In this document: one piece after another, positions 21,152 to 30,932 of the stretch | Numbering within the stretch: position 1 is the stretch's first letter | How the letters are laid out: each line of letters begins with the position of its first letter | Source: Nitrosopumilus sp. | GTDB taxonomy: Archaea; Thermoproteota; Nitrososphaeria; Nitrososphaerales; Nitrosopumilaceae | DNA: 64,000 bases | Direction of reading: 5' to 3' | Assembly (NCBI GenBank): GCA_965204345.1 | Contig: OZ241981.1 | Span: 1,152,001-1,216,000, forward strand | Program-made: the position numbers and the translations under genes | The notes under the pieces: model-generated | Database searches by the model: none | Told to the model about the DNA's origin: nothing | Seen by the model: only the letters and a program-made list of their open reading frames with translations

Positions 21152-23083
21152 TTTTATTGCTTCCTGTACCTGGGGATAGTGTGCAGTAACTTTATACATT
21201 CGTCTGATATTCATTGCAAGATTTTCTGATTTCTTACGTTCTCCATGATTGACTAATACGCGACGAAGTTTTGGTCTCAATCTTTGAACAAATGACATTA
21301 GTTGATTATAATCGCTATGTCCGCTAAAACCATCCAATTTTTCAACACCACAGTTAATTGAAACAACTTCAACTTTTCCTTCCTTGCCTAACATAGATGC
21401 TTGTTTGGAACCATCAAGAACTCGTCTTCCCAATGTTCCATTTACCTGATAAGAAACAAACAATACCTTGTTCTTTTTATCAGGGGCAATATTTTTGAAA
21501 TATTCCAAAACAGGTCCGCCTTCAAGCATTCCGGATGTCGCTAAAATGATGCATGGGGAATTGTCTCTCATTGGTTCTTCCCTAGCATCTGCATGTTCAA
21601 TATTAGTAAAGTATTCAGAGTCAAACGGATTATCATCAGTCTCTAGAATTTTTTGTTTTAGCTCCCTTGCTAAATATTCGGGATATGATTCATGTATTGC
21701 AGATGCCTCAGAGATCATTCCTTCTGTAAATACTGGTGCTTCAACCATTTCTCCTGATTTCATATAGTGATCAATTACCATCATGATTTCCTGCGCACGT
21801 CCAACAGCAGGAATTGGAATCAAGACTTTGCCCCCATCTGCCAAGGTATTGTTAACTGCATTAATGAAGGCAGATTCTACTTCTTGCCTGGTTGGTTGAA
21901 TATCGTCTTTAAGGCCATACGTACTTTCAATCAATAATGTTTCAACCCGCGGAAAGTTCCAGCTAGCAGCTTCAAACAAAATACTTTTTCCAAATTTAAT
22001 ATCACCAGAATAAACAAAGTTGTGGTCGCCATTTCCAATATGAAAGTGACATAATGCAGAACCAAGAATATGCCCGGCATTGGCTAAAACAAGCTTAATG
22101 TCAGGTGAGATATCAGTCACGGTACCATAAGGCAGAGTAATTGCTTGTCTCATGACTTGTTTTACGTCTCGTTCAGAATAAATGGGAGTTCTGCCTTGGG
22201 CTGCAGCCACCTTGATTGCATCTAGCTGAATTAGATTCATCATGGGTAATGTTGGTTCAGTACAATAAATTGGTCCTTTATATCCATATTTACATAATGT
22301 CGGTAAGAATCCGGTATGATCCAAATGTGCATGTCCAATGACAATGGCATCAAGCTCATCCAATGTTATATTTAGAGAATCTAATCGTGGAAATGCATCC
22401 ATTGGGGAACGCGCACCAGGATTAATTCCGCAATCAAGTAGAATTTTACTTTCAGGAGTAGACAGCAACATTGAAGAACGGCCTACTTGGCCAAATCCGC
22501 CAAGAGTATGAAGAGATACTTCGGTTCTTTGAGATAATCTAGGTCTAAAGATTTCATCCCCAACTTGTTTAAGCTGTTTACTTCTTTCAGCAGAGGCTTG
22601 TTTTAAAGTGGCATTAATTGTTTGGATTGTACGTGATGGTATAGTAGTGGATTTTCTAATACGCAATCTCCAACCTATTTTTTCAGTAACTTCAGCATGA
22701 TTGAATTCTTTTGCGTTTCTTTGTAGCAGCCAAGGTCTTTTTGCCTCAACTGATACTTCACCTGTTGCTGTATCAAAAATAGTTCCTTGCAGGTTTGCTT
22801 CCTCAGGAACAGATTCTGCCAAGATTTTTCTAGCTTCAGTTTCAGATTTTCTAATTGATTCATCGGTTCTAACAACAATTCTTTTTTTGATTATGTTTAC
22901 AAGATTTGAGATGGTGTCATTATTTTCCATTAAGTAGCGAGGAGAATTTGTGTAAAGGGCAATTCTTGGTCCTTCATATTCAATTTTTGTAACACTTGCC
23001 TCTTTGGGTATACTTTGCAGTATGGTTGCCATTATATTCTGGCTAGTAGGAGGTGAATCTTTTTCTAATTGTTTTCTTTGCAT
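21143..23083 (-). CDS. fttA: beta-CASP ribonuclease aCPSF1 (FttA), transcription termination factor
   Basis: N-terminal KH domains (EYEGPRIALY), LGGFGQVGRS, HAHLDH, AGHILGS, GFSGHSD, NHGE; ATG at 23083 avoids overlap with psmB. Confidence 0.92.
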   Translation of the reverse strand: MQRKQLEKDSPPTSQNIMATILQSIPKEASVTKIEYEGPRIALYTNSPRYLMENNDTISNLVNIIKKRIVVRTDESIRKSETEARKILAESVPEEANLQGTIFDTATGEVSVEAKRPWLLQRNAKEFNHAEVTEKIGWRLRIRKSTTIPSRTIQTINATLKQASAERSKQLKQVGDEIFRPRLSQRTEVSLHTLGGFGQVGRSSMLLSTPESKILLDCGINPGARSPMDAFPRLDSLNITLDELDAIVIGHAHLDHTGFLPTLCKYGYKGPIYCTEPTLPMMNLIQLDAIKVAAAQGRTPIYSERDVKQVMRQAITLPYGTVTDISPDIKLVLANAGHILGSALCHFHIGNGDHNFVYSGDIKFGKSILFEAASWNFPRVETLLIESTYGLKDDIQPTRQEVESAFINAVNNTLADGGKVLIPIPAVGRAQEIMMVIDHYMKSGEMVEAPVFTEGMISEASAIHESYPEYLARELKQKILETDDNPFDSEYFTNIEHADAREEPMRDNSPCIILATSGMLEGGPVLEYFKNIAPDKKNKVLFVSYQVNGTLGRRVLDGSKQASMLGKEGKVEVVSINCGVEKLDGFSGHSDYNQLMSFVQRLRPKLRRVLVNHGERKKSENLAMNIRRMYKVTAHYPQVQEAIKLF

Positions 23084-23090
23084 TAAATCA

Positions 23091-23732
23091 CTAAAGTTCG
23101 ATGACGGCTTTCTTTTGCTCATCGGTTAAAAGACGGAATCCGTCTTTGTCCATAACAGCGACATTAATTCCGTCGCCTGTACCAATGTTTCTAACTATTG
23201 CAGATTTAACAGCTCGTAGGGCTATTTGTTTTGCTTCTTCAACTGTGAGATCTTCTCTATACTCATCTTCAAGTAAACCATAAGCAACCGGTGAGCCACT
23301 GCCAGTTGTAACATATGATTTCTCTTCGACTGATCCAAACATATCTACATTAAACAACGAAGGACCGTCATCATCATAACCGCCAAGTAGGATGTCAGCC
23401 ATGAATGGATAGCCCCTATTTTGATGAAATATCAATGAACAAAGTCGTGCAAGTGAGTGAATAGAAATTGAGCCATGCTTTTGAACTCTATGAAGATTAG
23501 AATGATAGCGTAAAATATCAACAATATTTTGTGCGTCTGCAACTCCTCCAGCCAGGGTCAATCCTGCATGTAAATCGATTTGCTGGATTTTCATAGTATT
23601 GTTATTTGCAATAAAATAGCCTGCACTAGCTCTCATATCAGCGCATAATACAACACCATCTTTAGCCTTGATACCTACAGTGGTAGTCCCATGCAAAATT
23701 TTTTCTTCAACATTATTCGACAAAAAATACAC
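23091..23732 (-). CDS. psmB: Proteasome beta subunit
   Basis: HG|TTTVG autocleavage site, ADMRAS, GSGSP; conserved adjacency to aCPSF1. Confidence 0.95.
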   Translation of the reverse strand: MYFLSNNVEEKILHGTTTVGIKAKDGVVLCADMRASAGYFIANNNTMKIQQIDLHAGLTLAGGVADAQNIVDILRYHSNLHRVQKHGSISIHSLARLCSLIFHQNRGYPFMADILLGGYDDDGPSLFNVDMFGSVEEKSYVTTGSGSPVAYGLLEDEYREDLTVEEAKQIALRAVKSAIVRNIGTGDGINVAVMDKDGFRLLTDEQKKAVIEL

Positions 23733-23800
23733 CTGTGATTATAAAATAAGTGGCATCTCACCCTTTTAAATAACTTTTTGATCCTTTGAAATCATAAATA

Positions 23801-24865
23801 ATGACAAAAAATCAAGATCATATGCAGTCACATACTATGGAATTGCCTAGGCTCATTGAAATTGGTGAAAAGAATGTTAATGACTTTGGAAGATTTCTAC
23901 ACTCATTAAATAAACCAAAAAAAGTTTCTTTAATAGCTGGAATTAATGTTCAAAAAATTCTGAAGAAAAAAATAGAAAAATCATTAAAAATTAAAAAAAT
24001 TCAATTTATTTGGCATACTTCAATAGATAATCAAATAAAATCATTAAATCAAATTCAAAAGGATGTTAGAAAAGATAATTCGGATTTGATTGTGGGTATT
24101 GGCGGAGGTCGTTCTGTGGATACTGCTAAGCTAATTTCATACAAGCTGGCAAAACCGTTTGTAAGCTTGCCAACTGCGGCATCTCATGATGGAATGGCCA
24201 GTCCATTTGTATCAGTAAAGAGTGATAAGCCGCATTCAATTGTAGCATCAGCGCCAATGGGTGTTTTTGTAGATATTGACATTATCAAAAAAGCTCCAGC
24301 AAAATTACTAGCTAGTGGCTGTGGCGATCTTATTGCAAATATTATAGCCGTTAGAGACTGGCAATTAGGTTACAAAAAGAAAAAAGAATACTATGGAAGA
24401 TATGCTGCAGATTTGGCCATGATGAGCGCCAAAATAGTTATGGAAAACTCATCAGAATTTTCAAAAAAAGGACTAGATGCAAGAGTAATTGTAGAGGGTC
24501 TGATTAGTGCAGGAGTTGCATCATGTATTGCAGGAAGTAGTAGACCGTGCTCAGGTGCAGAACATCTTTTCTCACATGCGCTTGATAGGCTTGCCCCGGG
24601 AATTGGACTTCATGGAGAGAAATGTGCACTAGGATCTATCATGATGGCAAAATTACAGGGACAAGATTGGAAGAAGATTGTGAAAACTTTGAAAGACATA
24701 GGGGCGCCAACTACTGCAAAAGAGATTGGTCTTAAGCCAGAAGTAATCCTTGAAGCTCTAAGAATTGCACAAGATCTAAGACCAGAAAGATATACAATTC
24801 TAAAAGAAATTAAAATGACAAAGAAGACCGCATTTAGTCTTGCAAAAAGCGTTAAAGTGATTTAA
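23801..24865 (+). CDS. egsA: sn-glycerol-1-phosphate dehydrogenase
   Basis: GIGGGRSVDTAK, PTAASHDG, SSRPCSGAEHLFSHALD, LHGEKC. Confidence 0.95.
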   Translation: MTKNQDHMQSHTMELPRLIEIGEKNVNDFGRFLHSLNKPKKVSLIAGINVQKILKKKIEKSLKIKKIQFIWHTSIDNQIKSLNQIQKDVRKDNSDLIVGIGGGRSVDTAKLISYKLAKPFVSLPTAASHDGMASPFVSVKSDKPHSIVASAPMGVFVDIDIIKKAPAKLLASGCGDLIANIIAVRDWQLGYKKKKEYYGRYAADLAMMSAKIVMENSSEFSKKGLDARVIVEGLISAGVASCIAGSSRPCSGAEHLFSHALDRLAPGIGLHGEKCALGSIMMAKLQGQDWKKIVKTLKDIGAPTTAKEIGLKPEVILEALRIAQDLRPERYTILKEIKMTKKTAFSLAKSVKVI

Positions 24866-25608
24866 GCGGTTTTTAATTCGGAAATCTTTTCTTTTGTTTC
24901 TGGTTTCTTTTCCTGTGTTTGTTTGTTGATGTGCGTTTCAACAAAACTAATTTTTTCTAATGTTGAAACAAATTTGAAGATATCTAACTGGATCAAGTGT
25001 TTCATAATTTGTAAGCCATCAGCACGCAGAATTTCTTCAGGTATCATAATGCTTGCTTCGTTATCCTTCAGGTCAAATGCAATTTTAGTATCTTCTACAG
25101 GCAATCTATTTTTTAGAATTCCATCTACTTTGTCATTTGAAGAATCCAGTGATTTAATGACATTGACATCAAACAAAATTGTTTTTCCTGCATACCGATG
25201 ATTATAGTCGATTTGGACTCTGCCAGAACCAATAAAACGAATAATTCCCCTTTTGTTATCGACTTCAATTGTATCGCCAACTGAAACTTTTTCCGCGTCT
25301 TCTCCTAACTTTCTAATAGGAATCATTCTAACCTTGCCAGAATCTCTTTCACCAAAACCTTTGTCCGGCGTTACCTCAACTGTAAGTTTGTCTCCAACAG
25401 CAGTTTTTGCAAGAGCCTCATCAAGTCCTTTGAGAACAGGATAAGAGTCTTCTCCGATAGAAACTAGTTTTGGCTGATACTTGACATTTTGTTCATGAAT
25501 GGAATATTTTTTCGCATCTGCTTCAGTAGTTGTATCAAAAACTTCTTCAGTGTCTTTTACTTTTGCAGTATAATCAACTAGAATTAAGGAACCCTTATCA
25601 AATGTCAT
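24862..25608 (-). CDS. Long-type FKBP peptidyl-prolyl isomerase (SlyD-like)
   Basis: VDYTAK..VFDTT, GLDEAL, GFGER, IDYNHRYAGKTILF. Confidence 0.9.
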   Translation of the reverse strand: MTFDKGSLILVDYTAKVKDTEEVFDTTTEADAKKYSIHEQNVKYQPKLVSIGEDSYPVLKGLDEALAKTAVGDKLTVEVTPDKGFGERDSGKVRMIPIRKLGEDAEKVSVGDTIEVDNKRGIIRFIGSGRVQIDYNHRYAGKTILFDVNVIKSLDSSNDKVDGILKNRLPVEDTKIAFDLKDNEASIMIPEEILRADGLQIMKHLIQLDIFKFVSTLEKISFVETHINKQTQEKKPETKEKISELKTA

Positions 25609-25735
25609 TGTGATCGGTCTCGAATTTCCTTATATTAATCTAAACCATTTGAAATTGTTCATAATAGAACCGCATAAATCCGTAATTCTGCAAAAGATGT
25701 TTTTGTGTAAAATGCATTAGAGATGGCAAGGTAAG

Positions 25736-26010
25736 ATGAGTTTAGGGAAGGTAAGAAATACAGATAGTTTTTTTTGAGAAGATCTCCATAATGCCGAGAA
25801 ATTCCAAGGAGAATATTCAACAAACAATTAACAATTTTACAAAATTTTCTATGAAAAATATCAAGATACGCCGGATCAGATATGTGAGGAATTAAAAATT
25901 ATAAGAAAAACTAAGCAGGAAAGATATGAAAAGCGCTTTATGGATTATTCAAAGACTGGATTGATTGTACACATTCAATCTTAGAGAGAGAGGGGGTGTT
26001 TTCATCGATT
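25736..26010 (+). pseudogene. Frameshifted remnant resembling the N-terminus of a thaumarchaeal tyrosine integrase
   Basis: Stitched across ~3 frameshifts: MSLGKVRNTDSF/EKISIMPRNSKENIQQTINNFTKFSM/EKYQDTPDQICEELKIIRKTKQERYEK/ALYGLFKDWID; family assignment from recollection only. Confidence 0.45.
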
Positions 26011-26103
26011 TCAGACATAAAATACGTGTGATGGAGTTTTCACTTAAATTTATGGGATCTGAGTTTTCTCCAAAATTACCTAATTATTTTAGTTGAGGAG
26101 TAT

Positions 26104-27248
26104 TTAGAGAGCTCTTAGTTTTTCTTCTGCAGTTTTGAGTCCTGCTTGAGCATCAACATCATATCCCATCATTGATAATGTAGCTGAAATTGCTGAAATG
26201 GTTCTCATAACATGGTATGGACTAACTTCTCCCATGCATCCAACTCTGAATACTTTGCCTTTAAGATTACCAAAGCCTCCGGCAACCAGTACTTTAAATT
26301 TGTCAGCCAGTGTACTTCTGAAAGTTTTGTCTTCAAGTCCGTCCAGGTAATTTAACGCCACAATGGAGATTGAACGATCTTCTTCTTTTGCAAATGGGGA
26401 AAGGCCCATTGCACTTAATCCAGCGTATAATGAATCCGAACAAACTTTATGGCGCCTAAAGACATTTTGTAGTCCTTCTTCTAACATTATAGATAGTGCT
26501 TCTCTGTATGCATAAAGTAACGGCAGTGCAGGTGTGAAAGGGGTATGTTTTTCCTCATCATAATACTTGAAGTATCTTGCCAGATTAAAGTAGTATGTTG
26601 CTGGAGGATTTTCAATCATGTATTTTTTGGCTTTAGCACTAACAGAAACTGGAGAAATTCCAGGAGGTGCTGCAATTGCTTTTTGGGAGCCGGTTAAACA
26701 TACGTCAATATTCCATTTGTCTACTTGAAGATCAGCTCCTCCAAGTAATGAAACGGAATCTACAACATAGAATGCGTCATTTCTTGAGGTTAAGTCAGAT
26801 ATTTTGTCAAGATAATTTACCATTGTTCCTGTTGAAGTTTCATTGTGAACAACATAGAATGCTTTGACATCTTTATTGTTATCAAATGCCTCTTTAATCT
26901 GATCAAAGGATGCATTTTCTCCAGGGGGGGTTTGAAGTTTTATTACATTTGCGCCCTGGCCTTCAATTAATTGTGATAATCTAGTACTAAACTCTCCGTT
27001 AACTGGAACTATTACTTTATCACCTTTTTAACTACATTAACTACTCCTGCTTCAACAGCACCCGTTCCGGATGCAGATAGTGCCACAATGTCATTTTGTG
27101 TTTGAAATACTTGCTGAGTTTTTGCAACTACATCAGTGTATAATTCAACAAAATCGTCACTTCGATGATTAATGATAGGTGCAAGCATTGCTCTCATAAC
27201 CCGATTAGGTACGTTTGTTGGGCCTGGAAGCATTGAAAGATATTCCAT
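26104..27248 (-). pseudogene. Class-V aminotransferase (serine-pyruvate/alanine-glyoxylate type) split by a 1-nt deletion
   Basis: ORFs 27012-27248 (LPGPT, SGTGAVE) and 26104-26823 (VDSVS, TGSQK, FRVGCMG) join into one frame if the T5 run at 27025-27029 is T6 (restores KKGDKVIVPVNGEF...HNETSTG). Confidence 0.8.
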
Positions 27249-27287
27249 ATGTTATCTATCAGCAGTAGATTTTGGGTTTATTTATAA

Positions 27288-27791
27288 TTAGAGATTTTTT
27301 AAATGATCTTTGGCATTAGTGCGTTTCAAAAAATTTCTAGTGCCATCAGGTACAAGATGATCCCACTTTTGATCGCTAACAATTAGATCACGAATATTTG
27401 TTCCAGACAATGATTCTCTATTCAAAAAAGGGATGGCAAGAACTTGAATATCTCTTTTTGAGTAAAGGTGCTTTGTGAGGTCGTCATTTGAAAAAATTAT
27501 ATCAAATTTTGGAACAATGGTATCTATTTTTTCAATCCAGCGAATATGATCATCTAGATCAGGAACAAAATAAATTGAAATTTTTTCTTGCATAGAACCG
27601 TCAATGGATGATAGGATCATCTCTTTTCTTTGATCAGCAGTAAAAGGATTATTTTTTTCAACATGCCTGTTGGAGCTTCCTAGACCTACCCATAGTTTAT
27701 CAACTTTAGATAATGCAAATTGTAATGCTTCAAGATGGCCTAAATGAAAAGGCTGGAATCTGCCTATTAGCAAACCGTTCATACAGACCAT
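27288..27791 (-). CDS. nadM: Nicotinamide-nucleotide adenylyltransferase
   Basis: GRFQPFHLGH, NPFT, SGTNIR. Confidence 0.9.
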   Translation of the reverse strand: MVCMNGLLIGRFQPFHLGHLEALQFALSKVDKLWVGLGSSNRHVEKNNPFTADQRKEMILSSIDGSMQEKISIYFVPDLDDHIRWIEKIDTIVPKFDIIFSNDDLTKHLYSKRDIQVLAIPFLNRESLSGTNIRDLIVSDQKWDHLVPDGTRNFLKRTNAKDHLKNL

Positions 27792-27831
27792 AAGAAATTT
27801 CTTTTTAAAAAACTATCATAAAGAGTGTGAA

Positions 27832-28869
27832 TTGGTAAAGAATGTGAATTTTTTAAAAATTAATGGCGGTCACGGAGAGGGAGGTGGACAAATTGTTCGC
27901 TCAGCAATTACGCTTTCATGTATTACCAAACAACCAATCCATTTAGAAAATATTAGAAAAAATCGGAAGATCCCCGGATTAAGACCGCAACATCTAACTG
28001 CAATTAAAATTCTTCAAAGAATTGCAAATGCAAAAGTTATTGGTGCAGAGATAGGATCAACTGAATTAAAATTTATTCCAGGTAATATTGAAAATGCAAA
28101 AATAGCTGAGGATGTTGGCACGGCAGGAAGTATATCACTGATTTTGCAAGTTTTGATTCCGGTAGCGGCCTTTTCGCAAAAAAAACTTGGTTTAAAAATT
28201 AGAGGCGGGACAGATGTTCTTTGGAGTCCTTCCATAAATTATACACAACATGTACTAAAAGAAGCATATTCTAGAATGGGAATTAAATTTTCATTAGAAT
28301 TAAGCAAGCGAGGTTACTATCCAAGAGGAGGGGGAGAGGTTCAATTACACGTTTATCCTTCCAAGGTAAATTCAATATCATTTTCAAATCGAAAGACTAG
28401 TGATATGAAATTGATTTGTTCTTTTTCAAAGATATCAAGTGATGAAATCAAAAAAGCAGTTGAAAAGATTGAGGAAAGATTGGTTAATGCAGGGTTTAAT
28501 GTGGATATTGAGATTAAATCTGAAGACACAGTAGATTCAGGGGCAACTTTGTTAGTTTACAGTATTGATGAGGATTCAATAAACGGGTTTGATGCGTTGT
28601 ATAACAAAAAAATACAAGAATTTGATTTGGATTTTGATGGGTTTGAAGGGAACTATTCGGTGGACAGTAATTTGTCAGACATGATAATAGTTCCAGCCAG
28701 CCTGTGTGAAGGAAAGACAATTTTTCAGGTTAAGGAGATTACAGATCATCTTGAAACTAATTTGTTCGTAACGTCAAAAATTACAGGGTGTAAATACGGA
28801 ATAGGAAAGATAAGGGATGGATATGAAGTGATTATTGAGGGTATTTCAAACTCCGGCATCAAGCAATGA
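27832..28869 (+). CDS. rtcA: RNA 3'-terminal phosphate cyclase
   Basis: GEGGGQIVR, PGLRPQHL, TAGSISL, GGTDV, RGYYPRGGG, HLETN. Confidence 0.92.
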   Translation: MVKNVNFLKINGGHGEGGGQIVRSAITLSCITKQPIHLENIRKNRKIPGLRPQHLTAIKILQRIANAKVIGAEIGSTELKFIPGNIENAKIAEDVGTAGSISLILQVLIPVAAFSQKKLGLKIRGGTDVLWSPSINYTQHVLKEAYSRMGIKFSLELSKRGYYPRGGGEVQLHVYPSKVNSISFSNRKTSDMKLICSFSKISSDEIKKAVEKIEERLVNAGFNVDIEIKSEDTVDSGATLLVYSIDEDSINGFDALYNKKIQEFDLDFDGFEGNYSVDSNLSDMIIVPASLCEGKTIFQVKEITDHLETNLFVTSKITGCKYGIGKIRDGYEVIIEGISNSGIKQ

Positions 28870-29343
28870 TGCAAAGAAAAGAATTGCTATGGATAAAATT
28901 ACGGTAATTTCACCCAAGATGATAATTTTTTTTCTAAGTTTTTGAATTTCCGGTTCGGGCATTTGGTTTGACATTATTTTTTCTTCAATATCTTTGCGAA
29001 TGACTCTTACATGAACAGCATACGTAATAACTAATGCAATAACAAGGATTATCTTGATAATTAAGAATGTGCCATAACTAGTAGATAAAACGAGATAAGG
29101 TTTCTGCAGTAATGCATGCGAAGTATACAAACCGGTTATCATCAAAATTATTAGTGATGGAACTGCAATCTTGTTAAATCGTCTTCCAACACGAATCATT
29201 ATTTGCATTCGCTCTTCAACAGAATTGGTCATTGTTTTTAAAAGTGGAGAAAAAACAATTCCGATAAACAGAGAGCCTCCTACCCATATTGCAGCGGCAA
29301 CCAGGTGTATCCAAGTAACAATTGCTTGCTCAATTGCAGTCAT
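28846..29343 (-). CDS. CopD-family membrane protein
   Basis: WIHLVAAAIWVGG, RFNKIA, TSYGTFLIIK; four TMs. Confidence 0.75.
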   Translation of the reverse strand: MTAIEQAIVTWIHLVAAAIWVGGSLFIGIVFSPLLKTMTNSVEERMQIMIRVGRRFNKIAVPSLIILMITGLYTSHALLQKPYLVLSTSYGTFLIIKIILVIALVITYAVHVRVIRKDIEEKIMSNQMPEPEIQKLRKKIIILGEITVILSIAILFFASLLDAGV

Positions 29344-29400
29344 AATTTGTTGTAATTTAGTTCAAATATTATGTATTTGGATCTTGATAACCTTTTTTAG

Positions 29401-29922
29401 TTGCCCAGAATTCAAATCGTTGATATGGCACTGCAAAGTAAGATGACAGTTTATGTTGCAATAGCTGGAGTTTTTGCTTTAATGGGCGGAATTGTTTTCT
29501 ATGCTAGTCTAGATAATGTAGAACTAGATCAAGTTGAAATCGAACTAGATACTGTAGAATTAAGAGAAGTCGATCCAATAAGCAATCAGGCCAAATTTGA
29601 TGTTACATTTTTAGTAAAAAATCCAAGTACAAAAGTGCTGACAGTTTCATTAATTGATTTTAAATTATATGGTGATGGTGAATTATTAGGCTCTGGACAA
29701 TACTCTACAGTAGATGTCGCATTGCCTGGAAGAGCCCTGTTTTATTCGGGAGCAGAAATTCCTTTAAAAAATACGTTCCTGTTAAGTAAATCCGACATGA
29801 ATTCTGAAATTTATGAAAAAGCAATAAATGAAAAGATTGTTAGTTTTGCTGCAGAAGGCAGAATCACTACTCAAACCTCATGGAGTGAAGTTGACAAAGA
29901 TTTCAAAACGGGATTTAATTAA
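29401..29922 (+). CDS. Membrane-anchored LEA_2/WHy-like protein
   Basis: TM anchor, FLVKNPS, IDFKLYGDG; similar to 3092-3646; start may be a later ATG. Confidence 0.55.
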   Translation: MPRIQIVDMALQSKMTVYVAIAGVFALMGGIVFYASLDNVELDQVEIELDTVELREVDPISNQAKFDVTFLVKNPSTKVLTVSLIDFKLYGDGELLGSGQYSTVDVALPGRALFYSGAEIPLKNTFLLSKSDMNSEIYEKAINEKIVSFAAEGRITTQTSWSEVDKDFKTGFN

Positions 29923-29926
29923 AAAG

Positions 29927-30000
29927 TGGGCCTGATGAGATTTGAACTCATGATCACCGCCGTGTCGAGGCGGTATCCTAACCAGCTAGACTACAGGCCC
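29927..30000 (-). tRNA. tRNA-Val(GAC)
   Basis: Minus strand GGGCCTGTAGTCTAGCTGGTTAGGATACCGCC-TCGACAC-GGCGGTGATCATGAG-TTCAAAT-CTCATCAGGCCCA folds into a cloverleaf; CCA not encoded. Confidence 0.92.
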
Positions 30001-30066
30001 ATTGAAGATTAAATCAAATAATTGATATTATTAACGTTTAACAAAAGAAAGAATAAGTGAAAACAG

Positions 30067-30777
30067 ATGACAGATGATTTTACAGAAGAAGAGAAAAAAG
30101 GATTCTACAAGGCAATTTATTCAAGAAGGGATGTAAGATCTCGTTTTATCTCAAAATCCATAGAGGATGATATTTTATCAAAGATTCTAAATGCTGCACA
30201 TCATGCCCCTTCAGTAGGATTTTCACAGCCTTGGAATTTTATTTTAATTAAAGACAATCAGACAAAAAGGAAAATTAAGGAATCATTTGAGGAAGAGAAA
30301 AAACGATCATCACAACTGGTAGAAGAGCCTAAAAAATCAAAGTATCTTTCTTTCAAATTGGAGGGAATAATGGAATCCCCAGTAAATCTTTGTGTAACAT
30401 ATGACCCGACAAAATTTGGTCCCTTTGTGATTGGCAGATCAAGTATTCCTGAGGCAGGCCTTTACAGTGTTTGCTGTGCAATTCAAAATTTATGGTTATC
30501 AGCTAGAACGGAAGGGATAGGTTTAGGATGGGTAAGTATCTTATCAAATGAAACATTAAAAGAGACTTTAGAGCTACCAGAACATGTAATTCCTGTAGCA
30601 TACTTGTGTCTAGGTTACGTCGATGAATTTGCCAAAAAACCAGATCTGGAAACAAAAGGTTGGTTGCCAAGATTAGAATTAAAAGATGTGGTTTATTTTG
30701 AAAAATGGAACAAAAAAGAAAACAAGAATTGGGAAAATATTCAAAATTTACTTAAAGAGAATCTTGATTACGCTTAA
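30067..30777 (+). CDS. bluB: 5,6-dimethylbenzimidazole synthase
   Basis: SRRDVR, APSVGFSQPW, LKLEG-like FKLEGI, CAIQNLWLSAR.EGIGLGWVS. Confidence 0.92.
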   Translation: MTDDFTEEEKKGFYKAIYSRRDVRSRFISKSIEDDILSKILNAAHHAPSVGFSQPWNFILIKDNQTKRKIKESFEEEKKRSSQLVEEPKKSKYLSFKLEGIMESPVNLCVTYDPTKFGPFVIGRSSIPEAGLYSVCCAIQNLWLSARTEGIGLGWVSILSNETLKETLELPEHVIPVAYLCLGYVDEFAKKPDLETKGWLPRLELKDVVYFEKWNKKENKNWENIQNLLKENLDYA

Positions 30778-30801
30778 ATAATTAGAAATGTTTTTTTCGC
30801 T

Positions 30802-30894
30802 GGGCTTGTGGCGCAGAGTCAATTTGACGCGAAATATGGATAGCGTGGTAGCCTCCTAAGTTACAGGTCGAGGGATCGAAGCCCTCCAAGCCCG
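30802..30894 (+). tRNA. tRNA-Arg(CCT) with an 18-nt non-canonical intron (30817-30834) in the D-loop
   Basis: Acceptor GGGCTTG/CAAGCCC, anticodon arm GTAGC-CTCCTAA-GTTAC, T arm GAGGG/CCCTC; removing AGTCAATTTGACGCGAAA gives a 75-nt cloverleaf. Confidence 0.88.
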
Positions 30895-30932
30895 TTTTAA
30901 TTTAATTAATAGAAATTTAAATAGAAAGACAA

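Noticed and set aside
21143-23732. psmB-aCPSF1 adjacency and the apparent 32-nt overlap
   Set aside because: Known conserved archaeal gene pair; the overlap disappears with the ATG at 23083.
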